DNA of 64,000 nt, from contig MU058463.1 in the NCBI GenBank assembly GCA_013265495.1, positions 2,193,523 to 2,257,522 on the forward strand. Direction: 5' to 3'. Origin of the DNA: Vicugna vicugna (lineage: Eukaryota). This document shows positions 54,208-64,000 of this stretch, in pieces; position 1 is the stretch's first letter, and every line of letters starts with the position of its first letter. Both the position numbers and the translations under genes were made by a program. Under the pieces are notes generated by a model. The model saw only the letters and a list, made by a program, of their open reading frames with translations. It made no database searches and was not told where the DNA came from.

Positions 54208-54355
54208 GGGGGAGGGCATAGCTCAGTGGTAGAGTGCATGCCTAGCATGCACAAGGTCCTGGGTTCAATCCCCAGTACCTGCATTAAAAAATAAATAAAC
54301 CTAAATTACCTTCCCCACTACCAAAAAAAAAAAAAAAAGTGATGTTATTTAAAAA
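54208..54355 (+). mobile_element. tRNA-derived SINE (Vic-1-like) with TSD
   Basis: GGGGGAGGGCATAGCTCAGTGGTAGAG..GGTTCAATCCCCAGTACC and A-rich tails. TSD aagaaatagaggatcca / aaaaaatagagaatcca. Confidence 0.9.
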
Positions 54356-57170
54356 AAAAAATAGAGAATCCAACATAGTAAAGTGATGAAGAGAAAAGTC
54401 TCAGCATGACAGCTGTGTATCAGGCCTAGAGAACAAACAGTATGGACAGAAACAGGAGGATAGAAGGATGTCTTCGAAGAACAAAATAAAGGAACTAATA
54501 ATTATCCAACACACTTGACCACGCAAAAAATATAACTGAAAAGCAAATTCTGAAAAATGACCAGAGGATCTGTAGATAATTAGCGATAGATACACAGAAA
54601 AATAAAGAAAAATTAGGCAACTGAATTAAAATTTTTAAATTATACAAAATACACCAGTTGACTCAGTAGTGAACAATATTTTCATAGTCATACAATATAA
54701 ATACTAATTTACTGATTTCACCAAATATTAGGTGCTTTTCATACATTTAATTTTCACAATAATCCTAAGAGAGAATTATCTATACCACCCTCCCTTTATA
54801 GATGAGGAAGCTATGGCACAGAGAGGTTAAGGAACTGGCCCAAGGTTACAATCCTTGTAAGCGAGAATTTGAACCTAAGAGGTGAGACTACAGAGATCAT
54901 GACCTGGGAAAGGAAAGTAGGACACGTAAGAAAGCAAAGTAACATTAACAAATCGACAAGTAGCAGAAAATACATACATATAGGTTAAAAATACAGAGTT
55001 AAGTAAATAAAGCAGCTAAAACAGTTAAAGATTGTTTTCTTCTGAGGAGAAAGCTTGGAGGACGACGTGGAAACAGAGATTGCTGTTTCTTGTCGCCTTT
55101 TGGTACTCTAACTTTTGAAACAGTATGCCTGAATTATTTTGATTTTAAAAACCATATGCTGGTCAAAGAAAACTCACCGACAAGCTGAATCCAGCCCACA
55201 GAACAAGTACTGAGTTTGGGTTCTGGACAGTCGGCTGGCTGGGTTCACTCAGTAGCTAGTGAGGACGAGGCTCATCCTATACCATCCGGGCTCCTCATGT
55301 CTGGCATCGCCATGAATAAAAGGAAGTTAATCATAATGAAAGTTCTATTTCCCAGGATCTTTGATATATTTTAACTCAGCTGATATGCTTACAAGTAATG
55401 AAATAAAATCTGTCAACTCCAAACTGCGCTGCGTAACCTTGAGAAGATCCTCCCTCCAGCAGTCTTCTGCAAAATGAGAAGGTGGAAGAAAACGATCACT
55501 AACTACTTCCACAATATCTGGAAAGTTTACTTTCCTTCTTTCTCTAAGTAAACCAAATAACCTAACCATGGTTAACTATCTTGCGAATGCAAGTCACCAG
55601 TCAGGTAAGAAATTGTGAAAAACTATCAGAATTCAACTAAACAGAATTCCTAGCACTACTCTAAAGGCACAGCACCTTCCCTAATTAAGGACTGTATGTC
55701 CTAAACAATACATTGTTACTTTCATGTAAGAGAACTCTGGGAAACTGTTCACTTTGTAAGATACCAGTAACCTCATGCACTGAGTTTACAAAATACTTAC
55801 CAGGGAATAAGGACTAAGACAGGGATAAGCGCAGAGTAGGGGCGGGGGGAGGGGTGATGCAGAGAACTTGGTAGTAAAGGGTAGGAAATGCAAGCGAGAG
55901 GCAGAGAGTGAGGGAAGGTTTTCTGGAGAAAACAACATTTAAACAGATCTAAATAAAGAATAAAAGTTCATCATGGAAGAAGGAGGAAAAAAAGAGAAAA
56001 GTGAAATAAGTTCAAATGCCAGAAGGCAAGGGAGAGCACGGTTTGGAGTGGTGGGTGGAGAGGTACGGGGCAAGGGAACAGAAGTATTACAGTTCACAAT
56101 ACTGCCTGTGCAGTGCAGTAACAAATGAAGCAGGGGTGAGGTAAGGAGAGGCTCATGTTGTTCTCTAAAGGTTACAGACAAAAATTTTAAAGGGTCTCAA
56201 ATGTCATTTCAAGTGTTAATCCTTCTCCTTTTGTGGAAATCACACAAAAAGTCAGGCTGATATAAATGATAGCTTTACCCAAATGAGAACAAATGTTTCA
56301 TAGAAACTATTGGATTTCTTCAGTCTAACATCCAACAGGCTACAAGTTCTAAGAGCCTCAAAATTAGTAAAGAGGTAAAACCATACAGTTTATTTCCTTG
56401 TTCTCAAAGCCTCTGCCAAACAGCACAATTACTTTACATGAAGTTGTGGGTAATTCTGGAGAAACACCATAGACAAAATCAACCACAGCACATTCCTAAA
56501 GTTTTAAAACATGAAATTGTTGACGTTCAAACAATCTCAAAAGTAAGCAAGTCAGAACCTTGAAATAATCTGATAGTAAATCTCAGACTACTGCAGCATT
56601 TCCCAACTTGCATTTGGCATGTCTCTAACAAGAACTTTACCCACACCTTAATTCCAGCTAAGTGATCAAACTTTTGGAAGAAACCATAACAACAAGGCAT
56701 CAAAACATAGAGGATGACTTACAGTCACATGGTAGACAGGCTAGCCTTAATTACGACCTTTTGACTGAACAGACATTTAATAAAAGTCAGCAGAACGTAT
56801 CCCACAGTTATTTTTATTTAAGTCAGGCCTACATATGTACAATATAAACAAAATTCTAAAACAATACATAATTAATACATGTATAATCAGACAAGGTTTT
56901 AGCAGGCAGATGTGATATTAAGGAAAGAATAAAAAGAAAATAATCTCTAAATAAGTAATGTAAAACAGATGAGGCAAATCAAAGCAGTACCCACAACTCC
57001 ACAATTAATAAAGATACTAAGCAGGGCCACTGCACATGGCTTCGTGGGCTCCTTACTGAACAGCTCTATGGGGGTGTCAATTATATGTGTGTATGTATAC
57101 GCGTGTATATACGGGGTGGGGGGAGAGATACAGACATGAAGCCATGTAATGTTGAGCTGGAAGGTAATAC

Positions 57171-57173
<3 letters not shown>

Positions 57174-57201
<28 letters not shown>
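57174..57201. repeat. (AC)14 microsatellite
   Basis: Read directly from the sequence. Confidence 0.95.
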
Positions 57202-57204
<3 letters not shown>

Positions 57205-57858
57205 GAGAGAACCCAAGTCTCAGTAACAAAGAAAAAAACAAATATAAACAGTAAGAATTAGGATAAAATAACACAGGCAAGGTTTTGAGTCTACAGAGTT
57301 AGTCTTGAGCTAGCACCATGCATTCTGTTGTTCTTATCAAATACTTCCTAAATGCCTACCATACGCCAGATACTGAAAGATAACAGCAGTGAACAAAACA
57401 GACAAAAATCCCTGTCTTCATGAAGCTTACGTTCAGGAGGAAGAAAAGAGGTAGGAATTAAACAAGCAAAATATTTGGAGTATCAGGTGATGATAAGTAC
57501 CATGGAAAAAACTGAAACAGGAAATGGGGCTAGGGAGTACTGTGAAGGGGGTGTATTGATTTTAAACGCCCTCAATGAGGTGATCATTCCAACAGAATGA
57601 AGACTTTCTCATACATAAGGATCCTGTCTTTGCCATTCTCCTAGGAAATTTTATACTCTGGGGTCTCCATCCCAATTCTAGTGACAGACTAGGTGCCTGC
57701 CCAATTACCAGGTAGAAGTAAGTGATACAAACAACGTTACCACATTCCCAAGGGTTTATTTGGAGACTGGGTGAAATAAAAAATTAACTTCTCAGAAGCA
57801 TCCTGCAACAGGTCCAAACTTAAGGCCTGTATGAGGAACACTCTTCTATCATCTACAT

Positions 57859-58077
57859 CAGGGTGGGCAAATTGCAGCCAGCAGGCCAGATCCAGCCTGC
57901 CATCTGTTTTTGTAAATCAAGTTTTATTGGGACAAGGCCATATTAACTTGTTTACATATTAAGTATGGATACTTTTGCGCTATTACAGATTTGGTACACA
58001 GTTGTGACAGAGACCACACGGTCTGGAAAGCCTAAAATACTTCCCATCTGGTCCTTTACAGAAGTTTGCTGACCCTG
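57859..58077 (+). mobile_element. MER58A-like hAT-Charlie element
   Basis: TIRs cagggtgggcaaa / tttgctgaccctg. 8-bp TSD atctacat / atctagat. Confidence 0.85.
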
Positions 58078-58123
58078 ATCTAGATCACCACCACCACTAC
58101 TACCCCAACAATGAGGCTACTTT

Positions 58124-58665
58124 CAGGGCCCTCTTGATGAGCACAAGACCAGTGTAGTCACATAGAACCCTGCCACGGGAAAGCCCCATGCTTGGGGGTT
58201 AATGCTCTATGGTCACTTTTAATTCTTAATAATTTCATCTTTGAATCCAAGTTTTATATGTGAACTCCAATGAGAAAACAGAGCATGTGCCGGGGGCTGA
58301 GCACCTCAGCTCAGAAGCAGTCCACCTCGCCAGGAAAGAATCTGAGTCAGCAGAACCCTGTGGTTGCACCTCAACCTCCCCATCCTCACCCTACAACAAG
58401 GGGTATGGCAAGGCGGTGGCCATTCCCATCCAAGGCTGGCATCTCTATAGCACATTCAAGGGAAAACCAGCAGCTTCCCTTGCCTTTTGCCAATTCAGGT
58501 ATCGAACAAGTTTTGGCATGGAGGTTGCAACCCCATGGGGGTCATCTGTCTGTTGTGGGTTAAGACAGCAGACCTGTAGGAAGGCGAGACTGGCTTTCCT
58601 ACTCCCGGCCAGGGCCCCACATTTTCATTTGGCATTGTGCCTTGCAAAGTATGTAGCTGGACTTG
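58124..58665 (+). mobile_element. MER45-like hAT-Tip100 element
   Basis: cagggcc.. start with aattcttaataattt, and an end gggccccacattttcatttggcattg..tatgtagctggacttg. Confidence 0.6.
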
Positions 58666-58962
58666 ACTTGCTTTCATGAAATAAAAATCATAAACAAGAG
58701 TTCCATTCTTCTATCAAATTCAGCATAAAGTTTATTTCTTTATTTCGTCCCATTTCACTGAGCCATCTCCCTTCACCTTGCTCTTAGACACACAGTTGTC
58801 TTCATATTTCTTAAACCAACAAACTCACTTCCATTATTACACTTCAAATACTCACCGACTAGAACATTTCAGTCAAGTCTCAGCCTGAATGTCACACCTT
58901 CACAGTGGATGGAGTTCCCTGTTAATTCTGATTCCAATCAACGGAGGGGTCAAACCAACTGG

Positions 58963-59475
58963 TGTGGTGGTATCATCTCCAAAGATGGCCACCATCAATT
59001 TTTTGCCTCTATGCACATGCATGCTACTTCCTCATTGGGAACTGAAGTTTATTTTCTCTCCCTTTGAATCTGGGCTGGACTTATGATTGCTTTAACCAAC
59101 ACAACACAGCAAACTGACATTCTGGACTCATAAGCCTAAGGCTTAAGAGGAATGGCAGCTTCCTCTTCCTTCTATGTGAAAGGCCAAGGTCACGTTGGGA
59201 GGGCACATGAAGAGAACACCCAGAGGAGAATTGAAATGATTAATATTCAACAGTCCCAGTTGAGCTCCTAGTCAGTAGTCATCATCAATTGCTAGCCAAG
59301 TGAGTGAGCCATCTTCGATGTTCCAGCCCAGTCAAGCCCTGAAACGGCTGCAGCCCCAGCTAACATTGCACGGCACCGAAGAATCGCTCTGCTGATCAGA
59401 GCCAAGCCAAAGAATCTTGAAGCATAATAAAATGCTTGTGCTTAGTTTGTTACACCACAATATAAAACTAAAATA
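58963..59475 (+). mobile_element. Old MaLR LTR (MLT1-type)
   Basis: caaagatggccacc.., ccctttgaatctgggctggacttatgattgctttaaccaa, gtgagtgagccatctt..ttccagccc motifs. Confidence 0.65.
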
Positions 59476-61749
59476 CCAAGATCCATTACACCTGGATCCA
59501 CACACACGCCTATTATCTAACCTCTTTATGTCGCATGTTTTTCATCTGCAAAATGAGGATCATGACTTATACAACCCACAGAAGTGTGCTAAGGAAACGT
59601 GCTCGTATGTGTGAGGCACTTAGCTGAGTTCTCGGCAAATTCCTGACATAATACAAAAAGACAGCTTTGTTCTATCATTATTTTGTTCTAATATTCTATA
59701 TATTATTCTACTATTGTTCTGCTTCATTTTCTTTAAATCATTTATTATTGCTTGAAATTATGCTTACTTATCTGGCTTCCTGCCACCAAAATACGAACCA
59801 TAAGACAAGAATTTAACTGCCTTGTTCAGCAGCACCTAAAACAGAATTTAGCAGATATCTGTAAACTAATAACATATTAAATAAATGAATAAATGAGTTA
59901 TAGGACCTTTGTTTCATAGTTAATCAATAATGGTATCTAAAAACTGTTCCCACACCTTAAATATATCTGACAAGTGGCACTCAAAATGTGCCATATATAT
60001 AAAACTATAATGTGGTGTGATAATATAATTCCAATGCACTTACTTGTTACTGCACAAATATTACACCACTGTTAGATTGTGTACTGCTCAAATATGCCTA
60101 AGTGACGGCTAGCATTGTGCAGGTGTCCTAAAGTAGTTTACTCATTAGTATAATTTTTTTAAAAATAGCTGTATTCAATCAAACTAACGGCACACTCTCC
60201 GTTACTACTGCTACATGCACAGAAATAGCCAGAGAAGCTTTAATACGGGGTCCACTCAAAAACAAGTTACCCTGGCAACACAAATTAACATACTAGTCTT
60301 CAAGTTATGGAAACCTGGTTTTAAACACATTTGAGTGTGAATTTCCTCAGTTATAGTTTTTTTTAAGTTTAAAACCTACTTTTTAAAAATCAGACATTCA
60401 CATAAACCTGAAGCACCTCTAAGGAAAACACCAGTCTAGAAGGTAGAAAAACTCACAGAAACATACTTCAGTATAGCAAGTTCTCTAACACTGCAATTTC
60501 TCAGCGCTTCCTCTGTCCTGATGTAGAGAAGACAGATGCAAGAAACTCGCCCTGCCTCCCTCTTCCAATTATAATTTCGTAGGAGTTTTTACATTTAGGA
60601 ACAGGATTTTAAAAGGCAAATAAACCAGAGAGGTGTGGCACAGAACTTTAGATGGAAATAGGCATACGTAAAGTCAGGGAAGTAAGAGAGAATACATTAT
60701 GGTTGAAAAACTTACAATACGTATGCCCTGCTGGACTCCAGCAGGTAGTACACAATAATTAGGAGAGGGGATTGAGAAGATTTGACATTGTATTTGTATG
60801 GGAGGTCAACTCAAGAAACTTGTATGTTAAGAACAGCAATTTACACTTCAAAATCCAATAAGCCCACCAGAATGACTAAAATTAAAAAGACTGACAACAC
60901 TAAATTTTGTCAAGGAGGTGAAGCAGCCAAAACTTTCATACTATTGGTGTAAGTGAAAAATGATACACTTGGAAGTGATACACAGATTTGGGGAAAAGTC
61001 TGGTGGTTTCTTATAAAATTAAGCATAAATATACCCTGTTACCCCAGTAATTCCACCCAAGAGAAATGAAAACATATGTCCACAAAAAGATTTGTACAAA
61101 AATATTCCTAACAGCTTTACCCATAATAGCCCAAAACTGGAAACAACCCAAATGTCCATCAACAGAGTAATGGATAAACAAACTGTAGTATATTCATATA
61201 ATATATACAGTACACTATTCGACAATAAAAAGGGATGCGCTACTGATATACACAATAATATGGATCAATCTCCAAAATTTCATGGAGAATGAAAGAAGCT
61301 TTGCAGACTATATGCTGTATAATTCTAGAACCGGCAAAGCTAACCTGAAATGAGGAAAAAAAACAGTAACAATCACCTGGTGGATAGGACTCAACAGGGA
61401 AGGGTCAAGAGGGAACTCTCAAAGGTGACAGTAATGTTCTATCCCAGCGGTCAGTAAACTGTAAAGGACAGAATAGGAAAATATTTCAGGCTTTGTGGGC
61501 TTTCCCTCAAATACCCAGCTCTGCCACTGTAAATGCCTGGGCATGGCTGTGCTACAATAAAACTGTATTTATAAAAACAGGAGTTGGAATGTAGTCTGCT
61601 GATCCCTGCACTACATTTTAAAAGTGGTTTGGGTTATACAGGTGTATGTACTTGTCAAAACTCATCCAACAGGTCATAGAAGATCTGTGCATTTCACTAT
61701 ATGCCAATTTTATCCCAAAGAAAAAGAACCATAAAGAAATAGTGAACTC

Positions 61750-62309
61750 GATAAGCCTGTGGGAACAGAACTCAGAAACCCTTTTCACAAAGATGGCGCC
61801 AAAAGTGAAGGAACCCCCGCCCCGCCCAAAGCTGAAGCCAAAGCAAAGGCTTTGAAGACCAAGAAAGCAGTGCTGAAAGCCGTCCACAGCCACAAAAAAA
61901 GAAGATTCGGATGTCACCCGCGTTCCAACGGCCCAAAACACTGCGGCTCAGAAGGCAGCCCAAACCTCCTCAGAAGAGCACCCCTAGAAGAAACAAGCTG
62001 GACCACTATGCCATGAAGTTCTCCCTGACCACCAAGTCAGCCATGAAGAAGACAGAAGACAACAACACACTTGTGTTCACTGTGGATGTCAAGGCCAGCA
62101 AGCACCAGATCAAACAGGCTGTGAAGAAGCTCTATGACATTGACGTGGCTAAGGTCAATACCCTGATCAGGCCTGATGGAGAGACGAAGGCATATGTACG
62201 ACTGGCTCCTGACTATGATGCTTTGGATGTTGCCAACAAAACTGGAATCATCTAAACTCAGCCCAGCTGGCTAATTCTAAATATAAAAATTTTCACTAAA
62301 AAAAAAAAA
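61750..62309 (+). pseudogene. RPL23A: Processed RPL23A (ribosomal protein uL23) pseudogene, antisense in NDFIP2 intron 1
   Basis: Intronless. CCCTTTTC TOP-like tract, ATG at 61793, TAA at 62253-62255, short 3' UTR and poly(A) at 62298-62309. TSD AAAGAAATAGTGAACTC at 61733-61749 and 62307-62323. Two -1 frameshifts (~61814, ~61897) split MAPK.., [14 protein letters not shown].. and ..[18 protein letters not shown] across three frames. Confidence 0.96.
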
Positions 62310-62325
62310 GAAATAGTGAACTCTA

Positions 62326-62538
62326 CAAAATTTGTAGATACTGACAGGCATATGCAGAATAGATAAGATTATACTGTATAGCACAGGGAAATATATACAA
62401 GATCTTGTGGTAGCTCACAGCGAAAAAAATGTCACAATGAATATATGTATGTTCATGTATAACAGAAAAATTGTGCTCTACACTGGAACTTGACATAATA
62501 CTGTAAAATGACTATAACTCAATAAAAAATGTTTAAAA
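62326..62538 (+). mobile_element. Young L1 3' UTR fragment immediately after the RPL23A retrocopy
   Basis: Reverse complement of the family at 341-560 and 4652-4897. Flanked by AAAGAAATAGTGAACTCTA at 62307-62325 and 62539-62557. Confidence 0.9.
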
Positions 62539-62586
62539 AAAGAAATAGTGAACTCTAGGCTAATGATAAGCATATGGTTTATAGTG

Positions 62587-62678
62587 AGGTACACTGATAT
62601 CTGCAACTTACTTTGTAAGCATCAAAAAATAACAGGTACACTGATATCTGCAACTTACTTTGTAAGCATCAAAAAATA
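62587..62678. repeat. Tandem duplication, 45 identical bp with period 47
   Basis: aggtacactgatatctgcaacttactttgtaagcatcaaaaaata at 62587-62631 and 62634-62678. Confidence 0.95.
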
Positions 62679-64000
62679 CACAATGACACAAATAAAACAA
62701 ATTATTAGTCACTGCAGAACCCATAACTGGCATATGGTCTATGGGAGAACTGTACAATTCTTTCAACCTTTGTATATATTTGAAAGTTTTCATATTAAAT
62801 GGAGGGAAGGAGGGTGAATTCAGTAAGAGGCCACTGAAGATTTTTTGAGCAAAGAAATGAACATCAAATATATATTCTACAAATATAATTCATGCAGTGT
62901 AAATAATACACTGAAGGATGGTCAGATGAAGGAAGAAAGTGGTAAGCAGGCGATTACCATAATCCATGCCACAGAAAGCACCAACATTTAAGGACGTGTA
63001 CAAAGTGAGTTCATGCAGAGAAGTCAGAGAAGTTCAGAGTAGAAAACTCCTTCGTATCAGGAATTAGGAAGGACTTTCAAGGAGAAAGTCCACAGTGCCA
63101 ATGTAAAAGAAATTAAGCAAGAAGAAAAGTACCTATTAGGTTAAGCACTGGAAAATGTTGCTGATGTAAAAGAGGCGTGGTAAGAATGTAAACCAGATAA
63201 AGGATATGGATAAGTTCAAAGGAATCTAGCTGAGCCAAGAGAAGAAGGCAGTAACTAGAGAGCAATAAACTGCAATACTTCTTTAAAATGGAAAACAAAA
63301 GTAAACAACTGCACCTAAAAATCACTTTTTGTTATTTCATCCAGAACATGTACTACTGGGTAAGGCAGTCCGCCATGGGCCTGAGTGTCCCTGCACATTC
63401 TTGTTGAGTGTGACAGTCTGTAAAGCTTATCTAGTTCATGACTGAGAGGATTCTTATAGTAAGTCACTTAGGCAACAAAGAAGGTCAAGGTTACCACAGC
63501 ACACAACTGCCCCCCTAAGGAGAGGTAAACTAGCTTGCTTGTTGTCTGCTACAATTTAAAAATCGATTTAAAAAAAAAAAGTGCTGGATTCTTGGTCCTG
63601 GTTCCTCAGCTGTGACCCACCATGTGCATCCATCTAGACTCATCACCCTCATGAGACCTGGTTACAAGGAAAACTGCTGGGAAACAAGCTGCTGGAAAAC
63701 GAACAGCTGGAAAACAAGCCGCACCTAAATTTCCATGAGCTTAAAATATTATATTCACACTAGCTTGCTTAAAATGCACATGCTTGCTTTGTTTTAATGT
63801 TTTATGCAGTAGATGACCTATAGCATATATTATGCTAAAGAAAATTTGTGGTGAGCAATCCTGAGATTGACCATAAGGGCACGAAGGAGGGCAGATATTT
63901 CCTTAGGGTAAAACAATGGACGGTCCTGGAAAGACAGATCATCCATTAACAGAACTTTGTTCTGGCATGAAAGCGTGTGGTTAAGCCCAGGGGAAATATT

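Larger units (their letters stand above)
60855..62810 (+). mobile_element. Old L1 (L1MB-like) 3' end hosting a MER58-like element (~61445-61608), the RPL23A retrocopy and a young L1 tail
   Basis: cccaccagaatgactaaaattaaaaagactgacaac.., cataatagcccaaaactggaaacaacccaaatgtccatcaaca. Degenerate L1-like sequence continues after 62557. Confidence 0.7.

Noticed and set aside
54208..54280. tRNA-Ala-like gene (also 15684-15756)
   Set aside because: It has a poly(A) tail and TSD and the acceptor stem is imperfect, so it is a tRNA-derived SINE, not a tRNA gene.
55794..55812. ATACTTACC resembling the U1 snRNA 5' end
   Set aside because: The match stops after 9 nt. It is only a consensus 5' splice-site sequence on the opposite strand.
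58260..58679. 139-aa plus-strand ORF
   Set aside because: It lies within a MER45-like DNA transposon remnant, has a non-ATG start and shows no recognisable homology.
61911..62255. 114-aa ORF as a functional truncated RPL23A
   Set aside because: It is the last frame of a frameshifted retrocopy, with substitutions at conserved residues and an in-frame deletion, and there is no evidence of expression.
4652..62538. Short L1-tail copies as a distinct SINE family
   Set aside because: Their 5' ends vary (51-460 bp) and all are collinear with the L1 3' UTR at 341-700, so they are simple 5'-truncated L1s.
63670..63720. Short repeated ctgctggaaaac units (and the 22-bp units at 32860) as a CRISPR-like array
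   Set aside because: The context is eukaryotic and there are only 2-3 degenerate units with no unique spacers, so these are slippage-type repeats.

Overview
This is mammalian genomic DNA, most likely camelid, judging from Vic-1-like tRNA-derived SINEs and a young L1 family resembling the camelid one. The window holds most of NDFIP2 (Nedd4 family-interacting protein 2) on the minus strand. Coding exons 2-7 (166, 134, 94, 125, 67 and 106 nt, all GT-AG) splice into an intact ORF with PPPY/PPPY/LPTY motifs and three TM segments. They are followed by a wholly non-coding terminal exon of about 3.2 kb ending at tandem AATAAA signals near 10340-10355. Exon 1 lies beyond the right edge, so 38347-64000 is intron 1 and 1-10320 is downstream intergenic sequence. 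The rest is typical mammalian repeat content (L1, SINEs, MaLR/ERV LTRs, MER DNA transposons, microsatellites) plus a processed RPL23A pseudogene. I found no convincing new biological system. The most notable observations are two retroposition events at the same target site (three copies of one TSD), two cryptic/poison-exon candidates flanked by UG repeats, a polyadenylated and probably L1-retroposed ERV-LTR fragment, a candidate enhancer downstream of the gene, and candidate alternative polyadenylation. Repeat family names come from memory of consensus sequences and need RepeatMasker/Dfam confirmation.
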